Origin: a virus
DNA: 64,000 nt
IMG/VR virus record: IMGVR_UViG_3300046328_000321
Location: 32,001 to 96,000 of that record
Reading direction: 5' to 3' (one strand)
Both the position numbers and the translations under genes were made by a program. Each line of letters starts with the position of its first letter. Position 1 is the stretch's first letter. Of the stretch, positions 48,750-58,610 are shown in pieces. The notes beneath the pieces were generated by a model. It had not been told where the DNA came from, searched no databases, and saw nothing but the letters and a program-made list of their open reading frames with translations.

Positions 48750-49373
48750 ATGTATCAAATCAATGTAGTTGAAGCTGCACCCATGGCTTTTGATTACCTT
48801 GCATTCCCTAACCAGTCTCCGATAACCGCTCTGTATTTCCAAAACCAACTTCAAAACTTCAACGCTGCGTTGACTGAAACTGGTCAAAGATTTATGCAAG
48901 GTGCGAGAGAACTCTATCAGCGTATCAACGACAGTACAGCCATCCGTATGGCTAAAGCTGCCATACGACATGCTAAAGGGATGTATCAACCTAATGTTAT
49001 CATTCAGATAGACGACATCGAAGGATTTAGAAGTGCCACACCCATGATGCAAAACTACATCATGGCACAACCTGATCTTCGAGACTTGTATCATCAACAA
49101 CGTGTAAACGGATACAGTGATACGTATATAGACATTGATCCTCAACGAAATTATGGACAACATTACTATTATCGCAGGGTAATGGATGGTGTGGTACAAG
49201 ATACTGAAGTCGATGGTGAATTTCAATGGGTAGCTAAACAATATTGTGACGAGCTTCTAGAAGGTCATACGGATTTGACCAATCAAGAACGTCATGACAT
49301 CTTGTTGACCTGGGACAAGATTCAAGCGATCCTAGCTGAGGAACGTGATCCTACAGACATATTCGGTAATTGA
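48750..49373 (+). CDS. Conserved phiKZ-like core protein (gp59-like by synteny)
   Basis: Follows the beta-prime gene; MQNYIMAQP...GYSDTY...YRRVMDG. Confidence 0.6.
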   Translation: MYQINVVEAAPMAFDYLAFPNQSPITALYFQNQLQNFNAALTETGQRFMQGARELYQRINDSTAIRMAKAAIRHAKGMYQPNVIIQIDDIEGFRSATPMMQNYIMAQPDLRDLYHQQRVNGYSDTYIDIDPQRNYGQHYYYRRVMDGVVQDTEVDGEFQWVAKQYCDELLEGHTDLTNQERHDILLTWDKIQAILAEERDPTDIFGN

Positions 49374-49459
49374 CAACATAAAAATACAGGGGGAAATCCC
49401 TGTATTTTTTTTTTCACTAGCTGTCATCATGTTATGATCTTTTACAAATAAAGGCTTAT

Positions 49460-49870
49460 ATGACTTTATCAGCTACCATGCCAAGTCTTAGTACAGATGG
49501 TTGGGTAAACAGTAGTCTTAAGACAGCGGACTATCTATTTTCACATTTCTTTGCTTCTGACTACAGTCAAACTTATGTCTTTCCTGGTCAAATTGCTTCC
49601 TTTGCATATATCCTACACAGCAATCAAGGTAATATACAAGGTACCATGACTGCTCTTCGACAAACTTTATCTACTTATTTCAGCAAGTACTATAAAGATG
49701 TGATTGTGGAAGTGGATGACAGTCCTACAGTATCGGGATCGAGTTTTATTGCTTTAAACATTTTCATGAACTTTACTGATGACAAAGGGGTGATTCATTC
49801 CTTAGGTAAAATGATTGAATACACTAACACAACTGTTAATAAAGTTGTTACTCTTAACAATGGACAATAA
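49460..49870 (+). CDS. Conserved phiKZ-like hypothetical protein
   Basis: PSLSTDGWV...SDYSQ; synteny. Confidence 0.6.
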   Translation: MTLSATMPSLSTDGWVNSSLKTADYLFSHFFASDYSQTYVFPGQIASFAYILHSNQGNIQGTMTALRQTLSTYFSKYYKDVIVEVDDSPTVSGSSFIALNIFMNFTDDKGVIHSLGKMIEYTNTTVNKVVTLNNGQ

Positions 49871-49872
49871 TC

Positions 49873-50400
49873 ATGGAAAATAATCTACAAAAAGAATTAG
49901 AAGATAGTATCAACCAAGGTTTCAAAGCTTTGGTATCTGATATACCTGTGGCTAAATTACCTGAAGAAATCTTCTCTAAACATTTTCTTCCTTATTTCTC
50001 AGGTGAAAAAACCCCTACTCAAGATAAACCTGTTTTTGCCGAATGGATATCTGTAGCTGGTACTCCTATGTCTCCTGTCGATATCATCGATAAAAACAAC
50101 GAGGTACTATTCAGAGTACCACCTATGTTTGACACAGGAATGATGACTCAGTTGCAAGGTCGTACCATGCGTGAGATCTTTAAACAATACGAGTTGTATA
50201 ACAACAACTTACCTCAAGTAGCCAATAATTTCCTGACCAAAGCTTTAACTGCTAAGTCTGAAGGTTATGATTCTGTGTCTTTAACCAAAGCCCAAGAAGA
50301 ATGGAATAGTATTCTTCAGCGATATGACTTAGGTGAGAAAACTAAGATTGCTGAAAAAAATGCTAATGTGCAAATAGATGATGATTTAATCTATGACTAA
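49873..50400 (+). CDS. Conserved phiKZ-like hypothetical protein
   Basis: FLPYF...WISVAG...LFRVPP; synteny. Confidence 0.6.
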   Translation: MENNLQKELEDSINQGFKALVSDIPVAKLPEEIFSKHFLPYFSGEKTPTQDKPVFAEWISVAGTPMSPVDIIDKNNEVLFRVPPMFDTGMMTQLQGRTMREIFKQYELYNNNLPQVANNFLTKALTAKSEGYDSVSLTKAQEEWNSILQRYDLGEKTKIAEKNANVQIDDDLIYD

Positions 50401-51541
50401 ACTCAAGTATTTGGTGTTGAGTGATATACATCTAGGTAGTAAGAACAACACCACTGCTGAGATCATCAACAACTTAGATATTTTTTTTAAAAACTATACT
50501 CAAGACGGTGAGTTTTCCGAGTTGGATATTATTTTCATAGCAGGTGATTTGTTCGACAGATTGCTTGACATGAACGATGATGACACACATTTGATCAAAC
50601 TTTGGTTAGACAGATTTTCTCGTTATTGTTCTAGATTTGATATTTCGATAAGAATACTGAAAGGTACGCCCAGTCATGATTGGAATCAATCTGCTCAGGT
50701 AGAAACAATTTGGAAAATCTCTAGATTGACAGGAGATTTCAAATATATAAATACATTATATATAGAGTACATGGAAAAACATAATATCCATGTACTCTAT
50801 GTACCTGATGAATGGGCAGGTACTACTGAAGAAACTTTAGAACAAGTTAAAACTCTAATGCGTGAGATGCAGTTAAAACAAGTAGACATTGCTATCATGC
50901 ATGGTTTGTTTAACTATCAACTACCTGGTATAGGTAAAGCTTCTAGTAAACACGACGAAGTTTCTTATCTTGAGATTGTCAGGTATTTTATTAACATTGG
51001 TCATATTCATACTCATTCTACCTATGAGCGCATATTAGCTCAAGGATCTTTTGACCGGCTGTCTCACGGTGAAGAAGAACCTAAAGGTGGTATGATCATG
51101 ATCATAGACCCTGATGAGGGAAACAAATATTTCTTTATCGAGAACAAGGGTGCTAAGATTTTTAAGACTATTACCTTAAAGAATGCAGATGTTGAAAAAT
51201 CAATGGAATTTATAGAGCGACAGCTTTTAAAGATTCCTATAAACGCATATATTAGAATTAAGGCAGCTAAAGATCACGGTGTTTATATCGGATTTGAAGA
51301 ACTAAAAATCAAGTTCCCTTTTTATAATTTCAGCAAGAAAAGCATAGAAGATGAAGAGGAAGCTGCCTATAATTCTCGTGTCAACGATATGCTAGATCTA
51401 GAATACACATCCATACAGATCGATAGAGATAACATCCAAATACTTTTATGGGATGAAATTTCTAAAAAACATATATTTAACACACAGCAACAAGCTATTT
51501 ATAGTCGAGTCGTCGAAAGTACTTTAGCAATTACAAGGTGA
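50393..51541 (+). CDS. sbcD: SbcD/Mre11-like metallophosphoesterase nuclease
   Basis: SDIHLG, AGDLFD, GTPSHD, MHG, GHIH motifs. Confidence 0.85.
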   Translation: MTKLKYLVLSDIHLGSKNNTTAEIINNLDIFFKNYTQDGEFSELDIIFIAGDLFDRLLDMNDDDTHLIKLWLDRFSRYCSRFDISIRILKGTPSHDWNQSAQVETIWKISRLTGDFKYINTLYIEYMEKHNIHVLYVPDEWAGTTEETLEQVKTLMREMQLKQVDIAIMHGLFNYQLPGIGKASSKHDEVSYLEIVRYFINIGHIHTHSTYERILAQGSFDRLSHGEEEPKGGMIMIIDPDEGNKYFFIENKGAKIFKTITLKNADVEKSMEFIERQLLKIPINAYIRIKAAKDHGVYIGFEELKIKFPFYNFSKKSIEDEEEAAYNSRVNDMLDLEYTSIQIDRDNIQILLWDEISKKHIFNTQQQAIYSRVVESTLAITR

Positions 51542-51544
51542 TAT

Positions 51545-52396
51545 ATGAACCCTTTATTTAACAGAGATATTTCTGCATTTCCCTTAAGCATCGGTACGTC
51601 ACTTGCATTTGAGTCTGTCTTTACAGGCAGACTCCCTGCTTTTGACCCAGAGCGTACAATACCTAACAAAGTCATACTGAGTAGCTATGATAGTTGTTAC
51701 ATTAATATAGCTACTCTTTATAGAAACATAGCTGGTGCTGTAGATAAAGAAGTCAAGTTACAGTCTAATGAAAATCATTATGCAGAAGTAGTAGAACAAG
51801 AAATGGATATCATTCAAAGTTTGTTCAAAGTAGAAGGTGGGGGTACAACTACACCTATTTTCTATACCATGACTTATGACAAAGCTGTTTCTAAAGCAAA
51901 ATCTAAGATTGTAGATCTGCGTCAAGACAGAACAGATCTTCAGAAGCACGAAAGAGCTATTTTGGTTAAAACCATAGAGAAGCTTAAACAGATACCTTCA
52001 ATTGAAAAGTACAAAGATTATCTCAAGACTTCTATTTCAACCAAAGCTTTGATCATGACTCATGTACCTTTTGATCTTCTGTCTCATCAAAAAATGGGTA
52101 AGTTGGATCTACTAGAAAGCCATACAGGTAAACTGAAACCTAGATATGAATGGGGGAGTAAATTTTATCCTTTAGGTGATCGAGATATGTCACACCTACC
52201 TTTTATTGAAAAATTGCTTTTAATCTTTGGTGATAAAGTTTTGATACAACCCGCATTGACAAAAATCAGACAGCAAGTTTACGATGTTTCTATAAAAAGA
52301 GGTTGGACCTCCATGACAACAAAAGCCAAAGTAGTGATGGACTTATCTACAGATATTCCTGAACCCATGATAGCTCGTATGTTGGCTCAGCTATAA
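51545..52396 (+). CDS. Conserved phiKZ-like core protein (gp66-like by synteny)
   Basis: PLSIGTSLAFE, LLESHTG; synteny. Confidence 0.6.
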   Translation: MNPLFNRDISAFPLSIGTSLAFESVFTGRLPAFDPERTIPNKVILSSYDSCYINIATLYRNIAGAVDKEVKLQSNENHYAEVVEQEMDIIQSLFKVEGGGTTTPIFYTMTYDKAVSKAKSKIVDLRQDRTDLQKHERAILVKTIEKLKQIPSIEKYKDYLKTSISTKALIMTHVPFDLLSHQKMGKLDLLESHTGKLKPRYEWGSKFYPLGDRDMSHLPFIEKLLLIFGDKVLIQPALTKIRQQVYDVSIKRGWTSMTTKAKVVMDLSTDIPEPMIARMLAQL

Positions 52397-52454
52397 ATTA
52401 ATTTCCCTAATAATGTATTGATTGTAAAAACACTAACCATTTTAAGGCACCATC

Positions 52455-53144
52455 ATGTCAACAGAAAATAATTCACCTAAAGTTATCGAACCTCCAAAAA
52501 TCAACGAACTTGCTAAGTTCTTGATGTTTGCACCTAATCCTAACAACGCAACCCGTCGCAGTCGTTTGGTATGGGCCATTCGCGACGGTAACCCCCGCAT
52601 CACAATTTGGACCAATGATCCTTCTGATAAAGACGGTCGTGGTTCTATCAATGCCCCGATGAATCCTGAAACCTTCTTCATGTTTTTAGATATGTTTGAA
52701 GAGATTGTCAAGGGTGAAAATAATAAGAAAATGTCAATTGACATGTTGACGGCAGTACGCAGTGAAAATCCAACTGAACGAAATGTCAATCCAGAAAAGA
52801 TTCCTTTGTCTAAATTGTTCTTCGGTAAAGATGATCAAGGGTTGGCCTGGATGTCTGTTATTTCTCTAGAAAGTGATACCCGTCCACGTTTAAAATTCAC
52901 ATTTCGATTGTCTGATTATCACAAAATCTATCGGTCTGATGGCAGTGTTTTGTCAGAAAGTGAAGCTTCTTGTCTACACGCATTGTCAACTATTCGAGCC
53001 ATCCGTAGTATTTATACCCAAAACGTTAATTTCTACAAACCGCCTTATGATAAAAATGCGGTCATGGGAAGTTATGGTAAGAAACCTTTTGAATCTAAAA
53101 CTTCATCAAAATCAATTGCTAATTTTGACGACCTAACTTTTTAA
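52455..53144 (+). CDS. Conserved core protein (gp67/ChmC-like by synteny)
   Basis: Position directly before the gp68-like gene; GNPRITIWTND. Confidence 0.5.
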   Translation: MSTENNSPKVIEPPKINELAKFLMFAPNPNNATRRSRLVWAIRDGNPRITIWTNDPSDKDGRGSINAPMNPETFFMFLDMFEEIVKGENNKKMSIDMLTAVRSENPTERNVNPEKIPLSKLFFGKDDQGLAWMSVISLESDTRPRLKFTFRLSDYHKIYRSDGSVLSESEASCLHALSTIRAIRSIYTQNVNFYKPPYDKNAVMGSYGKKPFESKTSSKSIANFDDLTF

Positions 53145-53248
53145 TACCAACTTTACAGACAGGCCCTCATTAGAAGGGCCTGTCTAGATATTTTAGGTAG
53201 TATATATTTTACTTGAGCTGTATATCAACTTCTTTAAGAAAGTAACAA

Positions 53249-54802
53249 ATGCGAATAGTGACAAGTATTGCTCAACAAACACCAAAAGCCATGGTTGAAC
53301 ATAAAGGTCAAACAATTGACTTTCAAGTCAGTGTGTTTGGTAAAGGGGCCATGATTTCAGATGAGGATGATGATGTAGATTTGAAAGACGATGTCTTTCA
53401 TTATTTAAATTTCTATTGGTCAAGTTTGCCTGCTGAAGATCAGGATAAACTATTTGAAGTTTATGGACGGTTGAAAGAAATATTGACACTTTCGTACACC
53501 ATATCAGAATTGAATGAAAATTTAGCAAGAGCAAGTGCTGAACTTTTATCTTTCCATAAACTCGATACTATTAAAATGTGGATGTCGTTCAGTTCTGGGA
53601 TTATGATTCCAGAAGCTTTTCTTCCAGATTACATTCCCAATACGGATAATAACTCAACAAGAGAAAAAACATATACTAAGTCCGATTATGTTGGTCTTGT
53701 ATCTTTGTCATTGGCTTTGCGTTGTATGATTCCAATTTGGGGTGAATACATTGCGGGTACACGACGTTCCTATGGTAACTATTATAAAGAGTTTTGGGCA
53801 TTCATGTTGTTGAAGTATTCTGATATTCTTCACAGCTTAGACATGCAAAAACTGAAAATTTATATTGAAAACAATCTTGCTCAATCAAAAGACGACAGTG
53901 AAAAATTACTAAATGTACTTCCAATTGAAGATTACCCGCAATGGTTGTTATCTCTAACAGTAGTTAAGAAACTTTGTATCGGTGATATTTCAGGCAATTA
54001 TCCGAAAGATCCACAGTACAGTTTAATCAAGTACATTTACAAGTTCTTGATGCAACGTATTAAATCACCTGAAGCTGATCACGCTAACAAAATTCAAAAG
54101 AATCGCTTGGATGAGATCGGTCGTGATAATAAAGGTACCGTCTTAGAACGATACCGTATGAAAACAAATTTGTCACCGGGTGAGGTGGTAGAACTAGAAT
54201 ACTCCGTAGAGAATCTTCCCTATGTGGCCAGTCGACTGACCACTAAGATGACAGAAGAAATTTTCACATCTGCACAACATACTTGTTGTCAACTTCGTGA
54301 CCATCAAATCACAGACGTACAGGTATTGTTGTTATCATGGGTGTTAAAACCTGTTATATCTCCAAGAGGAATTCCTTATCTTAACAGAGATATTATCATT
54401 CAGTTACTTGGTGTGTTGCAAAGTGTTCTTTGGGTTCGAGGACATAAATATTTGGCATTATTGGTTTCTTCTTTTCCGAGAATTTCAGATAGGGAATATG
54501 TCTTAGCCCCACAAAGTTCTAAAGACAGAATTCCTAAGGAGCTCTCAGATAAATTGGAATCATTATATCCTTATAGTAAACCAGTTGGTCGAATCACCAC
54601 AGGTAAAGTTTCCAATTACGCGTTAGAAGCTATTGAACAAGTTGTGACTGCTTTGGTAGCTCATAGTTGGGTACCTACAGCTGAAGATAAATGGCTGAAG
54701 GAAGTTTTAGGTTCTAACAGTCGTGTATTTATTATCAAGTCAGACATTAGGTCTGATTTATCAAAACTGCTCATTGAGTTGGGCGAAAGGAGTTGGTCAT
54801 GA
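53249..54802 (+). CDS. nvRNAP promoter-specificity subunit (phiKZ gp68-like)
   Basis: 517 aa; TYTKSDY.GL...LRCMIPIWGEYI; synteny. Confidence 0.65.
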   Translation: MRIVTSIAQQTPKAMVEHKGQTIDFQVSVFGKGAMISDEDDDVDLKDDVFHYLNFYWSSLPAEDQDKLFEVYGRLKEILTLSYTISELNENLARASAELLSFHKLDTIKMWMSFSSGIMIPEAFLPDYIPNTDNNSTREKTYTKSDYVGLVSLSLALRCMIPIWGEYIAGTRRSYGNYYKEFWAFMLLKYSDILHSLDMQKLKIYIENNLAQSKDDSEKLLNVLPIEDYPQWLLSLTVVKKLCIGDISGNYPKDPQYSLIKYIYKFLMQRIKSPEADHANKIQKNRLDEIGRDNKGTVLERYRMKTNLSPGEVVELEYSVENLPYVASRLTTKMTEEIFTSAQHTCCQLRDHQITDVQVLLLSWVLKPVISPRGIPYLNRDIIIQLLGVLQSVLWVRGHKYLALLVSSFPRISDREYVLAPQSSKDRIPKELSDKLESLYPYSKPVGRITTGKVSNYALEAIEQVVTALVAHSWVPTAEDKWLKEVLGSNSRVFIIKSDIRSDLSKLLIELGERSWS

Positions 54803-56259
54803 ATTTTATCGGTATGTCTAAACAATCTTTGCGTGTGGCTAAACTCACCATGCAGGAGACGGGTACTTATAACCCAGTACATCAGCGTCCCTATATGACG
54901 CATGTTTCAGGGGACTTAATGCAGTCTATCGGTCAACGTCTAGAACAAGTTGGTAATAACACTATTTCTGGATCTGTGCTGGGTGGCATCGCAAGTTCGA
55001 TCATGTCTCCATCTGCCACTCCTGGTAATGTGGTGCAAATCCCTTATGGTTGGGCTGAGCGTCGCATTCGTTTCATTCTTGAAGTCCATGCGACGAGCAA
55101 TACAGGTATCACCACCATCTTTTATTTTCAAGGTTTCACAGACCATTTGGGTGTAAGTGTTAATGGACATGTAGATCCTAATATGAGTTTTGTACTTAAC
55201 AGTTATATTCGAGTTAATCGAATTGAGCAGTTGGGACCTATGGGGTACACAGTGCGCGACACAGTGACTCAATCGTCACAGGTGATCAACCCCGATCCAT
55301 CGGAAGCCATGAAACAGACGTACAAAATGCGTCCGCAAGAAGTATTTACAGGCATTCAATCCGGATACATTGAGAATGCACACAGCTACACAGAACCAGG
55401 CGTTGGTTTTATTGATGGACGATTGCGTTTAGGTACAGAAGCTATTGGTAGTAATAGAGATAATAACTTACCAGCTTCATACGTAAGTAAAGTTTTTGAA
55501 TCGCATCGGCAAGCGTGTGCACTTGCAGATTTTGGTCAAAATGACGCGGACATTTTGACACGAGGTAGTCAACTGGCTCTTGACACCATGATAGGTGAGA
55601 ATCCGTTTGTTCGAGCCTTAGGTGCTGTTCGCGGTATGATGAATGCTACAACATTCACATATGGAGATCTGATGAAGATTGACCCTAATACATCCGCTGT
55701 GACCAACATGATTCGTTTAGGATACACACATCAAACGGCGGTTCATCAGACTGGTCAAACTGAGTATTGGAATGGAGCTAATCGTGAAACTGTAGTGGCT
55801 ACTATGTTGTCCAATGCGGTACCAGCCATCATGATGAGTTTGTTCATTTCAAAAGTGTCATTCATGAGTACTAACCACAGCTCTATGGGTCAAATCCATA
55901 CGCAATTATTGGGTGGTTCTTCTGTAACTGCTGCTGACATGACCCACGCATTTCAGATTCTTCGAAATCGCTTAGATAATGAAATCTTCATGGATATCTC
56001 TTACGGCGGTCAACAGTTGTACACCTTAGAAATGGAAGTAGATATTTTTGGTGAGACAAAAATTAATATTGCCATCGACGGTGGTCCTTCGATTATCTAT
56101 GTGACACCATCATTCTGCGATGGTTTGCTTGTACCTGTTTTGGCTCCTAATCGTCAGGTGTTCGATCACAACGTACATAATTTCGAACAAATGTTTAAAG
56201 TTGTAGAACAAGTATCGACACCAATGCAAACTGGTAATACCATCAATAACACAATCTGA
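54799..56259 (+). CDS. Nuclear-shell import factor candidate (phiKZ gp69/PicA/Imp1-like)
   Basis: ETGTY....RPY, GW.ERR.RF, PSFCDGL..PV; position between gp68-like and gp70-like genes. Confidence 0.6.
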   Translation: MNFIGMSKQSLRVAKLTMQETGTYNPVHQRPYMTHVSGDLMQSIGQRLEQVGNNTISGSVLGGIASSIMSPSATPGNVVQIPYGWAERRIRFILEVHATSNTGITTIFYFQGFTDHLGVSVNGHVDPNMSFVLNSYIRVNRIEQLGPMGYTVRDTVTQSSQVINPDPSEAMKQTYKMRPQEVFTGIQSGYIENAHSYTEPGVGFIDGRLRLGTEAIGSNRDNNLPASYVSKVFESHRQACALADFGQNDADILTRGSQLALDTMIGENPFVRALGAVRGMMNATTFTYGDLMKIDPNTSAVTNMIRLGYTHQTAVHQTGQTEYWNGANRETVVATMLSNAVPAIMMSLFISKVSFMSTNHSSMGQIHTQLLGGSSVTAADMTHAFQILRNRLDNEIFMDISYGGQQLYTLEMEVDIFGETKINIAIDGGPSIIYVTPSFCDGLLVPVLAPNRQVFDHNVHNFEQMFKVVEQVSTPMQTGNTINNTI

Positions 56260-56269
56260 AAGTACCACC

Positions 56270-57640
56270 ATGAAATTGCTATCAGTTTATCAAGCTATTC
56301 TAGAATACGCAACAATGTCTGCGGATATCAAAGGTTTTGTGCATAATAAATACGGCGCAGACTCGAAGGAACCTGTGTTGATTGAAGGTAAGCAACTTGT
56401 ATTACCGTATAGTGAACAGCTTCGAAATTTTGATCCAGACGCTAAAATGATCTTTCACCCTATGGCAGAAAATATTTTCAAGGGTGAGTCTGAGGTCATC
56501 AAACATTTGAAAGAACGTATCATGACCAAAGCTAATATCAGCTTTGCCATGATCTTTCAATCACTGTTAAACATTCTGGCAAGTCCGGATCTGCATTCTC
56601 AGATGAATCCTCAGCAGGCTGAATTGTTCAATATGGGAATGGATGCAGATGTAAAGGCTTTAGCTAATTTTACCCGCATCATGACACAAAGTTTGAAGAC
56701 GAAACCAGATCGCGGATTCATCTCTTCATATCTTAATCGTGGTGCAAGTTATGAGGGTAAACGTTGTACTCGTGTAAACGTGGTGTCGTTTCCTCTATAT
56801 GAACAATTGACCAAGGAGAAACCATCTCCAAATGGTATTACAATTGACCATCTGCGTGTGAAGGATCGTGAATGTTTCATTAAGTTGTATGAATTTATCT
56901 TTCCTGATCTGGAAAAAATTGAAGTCTATAACTACGGTACTAATAATACCACAGCACCTTACTTAGATGCTTTGTTATTGGGTTCGACTAAAATCACATC
57001 TCGATTGAATGATCTGGTAGAGCTCTATGGGGACTATATTGGAGATACTGAGAAAGTATTGTTTAGTACAGACTGGTATGACGATGTAAAATCCATGGAG
57101 TCATTGAAATCTGATATTCTTCGTATACCTGTACAGTATGGCAGCGATGGTACTTTGGCACCTCAAACAGTTGTAGAACAATCGCAAGATAATAAAACTC
57201 CTGTAGTAAATGTGTCTCAGATGTCCACAATGCCTGTTGCTCAATCTCAACGTCAAGCAGTTGCCCCTGTTGTAAAAGGTAAGATCAGTTTCCAAGATGC
57301 GGTGCAAAGTAACGGAGTGGCTCAACAAATGCAGTATCCACCACAGCACATGATGCCTGTCGGATATCCTCATCAGCAACCCATGGCTCCGGTGGGATAT
57401 CCGCAACATCAACAACCTATGATGCAACCGCATCCTCAACAAATGCAACCTCAAATGTATCAGCAACCTATGCAACAACCTATGATGCAACCTATGATGC
57501 AACCGCAAATGTATCCTCAACAAATGCCTATGCAGCCTCAGATGTATCAGCAACCTATGCAACAACCGATGATGCAACCGCAGACTAGTATGGGTAGTTG
57601 GCCAGCACCAGCTGCCGGATCACAAGTCTATTATAGATAA
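56270..57640 (+). CDS. Conserved core protein (gp70-like) with Q/P/M-rich tail
   Basis: LVLP...FHPMAEN..KGES; synteny. Confidence 0.6.
   Translation: MKLLSVYQAILEYATMSADIKGFVHNKYGADSKEPVLIEGKQLVLPYSEQLRNFDPDAKMIFHPMAENIFKGESEVIKHLKERIMTKANISFAMIFQSLLNILASPDLHSQMNPQQAELFNMGMDADVKALANFTRIMTQSLKTKPDRGFISSYLNRGASYEGKRCTRVNVVSFPLYEQLTKEKPSPNGITIDHLRVKDRECFIKLYEFIFPDLEKIEVYNYGTNNTTAPYLDALLLGSTKITSRLNDLVELYGDYIGDTEKVLFSTDWYDDVKSMESLKSDILRIPVQYGSDGTLAPQTVVEQSQDNKTPVVNVSQMSTMPVAQSQRQAVAPVVKGKISFQDAVQSNGVAQQMQYPPQHMMPVGYPHQQPMAPVGYPQHQQPMMQPHPQQMQPQMYQQPMQQPMMQPMMQPQMYPQQMPMQPQMYQQPMQQPMMQPQTSMGSWPAPAAGSQVYYR
57325..57585 (+). repeat. Low-complexity coding repeat (QPM/QPMMQ/MYQQ)
   Basis: Tandem caacctatg(atg) units. 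Confidence 0.85.
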
Positions 57641-57702
57641 CCTAATAGGTTAAATAACCCAGAGCCCCACAAGGAGCTCTGGGTATATTTAAAACATATA
57701 GG

Positions 57703-58026
57703 TTATTTTTTTGTACGGTAAATGTCTTTAATGGATTCTATCTCTGTGAAGTCTGGCAGTATTATGGCTGTCATGGTGGATCTATAGTTATCACTACTTT
57801 CCAAACCATTGACTCTCATAACTGTATAATGATATTGTTTGTCAATACCCAGTTCATCTAAAAGACCGTAGAAGTCACCTCTGTACTTATCCAACAAATG
57901 TGTATCTATGACTTTAAACTGTGTGTTTGTATTTCTCAAATAAGTTAAATGAGATTCTACTGTGTTGATGAAACCTTCTTCAAAATAAAAAGTTTCAATA
58001 TTAGGAAGTTGTTTAAGGATGTTCAT
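57703..58026 (-). CDS. Conserved small phiKZ-like protein
   Basis: YRGDFYGLL...MRVNGL. Confidence 0.6.
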   Translation of the reverse strand: MNILKQLPNIETFYFEEGFINTVESHLTYLRNTNTQFKVIDTHLLDKYRGDFYGLLDELGIDKQYHYTVMRVNGLESSDNYRSTMTAIILPDFTEIESIKDIYRTKK

Positions 58027-58106
58027 GATAGATTTTATTCCTGTATCTATAACATCTAGGTTACATATACTTTACTTGACTTATATCCCTTCAATAAAAT
58101 TGTATC

Positions 58107-58610
58107 ATGAACATCTTTGTTCTGGATTTAGATCCTAAGACATCAGCAAGATATTTGTGTAATGAACATTGCTGTAAGATGGTTGTGGAATCCGCTCAAA
58201 TGTTATCTACAGCACACAGACTTAAGTCAGATGACACAGACGGACTTTACAAATTAGCTCACATCAATCATCCATCTACTATTTGGACCAGAGAATCGGT
58301 AGAAAATTACTTGTGGCATTATGAATACTTTTGCTATATGGCAGAAGAGTATGAGGAACGTTATGGTAAGATTCATTTAACATACATGATGTTAAAGAAC
58401 AGACTTCAGTTACCTCCAGAGAAAATAACGGAAACTAAAAGGACTCCGTTTACTTTGTGTATGCCGGAAATTTATAAACAGGACGATCCCGTTCAAGCTT
58501 ATAGAGCTTTTTATATAGGTGAAAAACTTAAGTTTGCTCACTGGTCTTTACCATCAACAATACCATCATGGATCATCAAACACGTAAGGAACAATCATGC
58601 AGAACAATGA
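58107..58610 (+). CDS. Pyrimidine-dimer DNA glycosylase / DenV-related protein
   Basis: MNIFVLD...H..KM.VESAQMLSTAH, YKLAHINHPS.IW, RYGKIH, VQAYRAFY. Confidence 0.75.
   Translation: MNIFVLDLDPKTSARYLCNEHCCKMVVESAQMLSTAHRLKSDDTDGLYKLAHINHPSTIWTRESVENYLWHYEYFCYMAEEYEERYGKIHLTYMMLKNRLQLPPEKITETKRTPFTLCMPEIYKQDDPVQAYRAFYIGEKLKFAHWSLPSTIPSWIIKHVRNNHAEQ

Noticed and set aside
57101-57577. His/Arg/Leu-rich minus-strand ORF
   Set aside because: Antisense shadow of the QPM repeat
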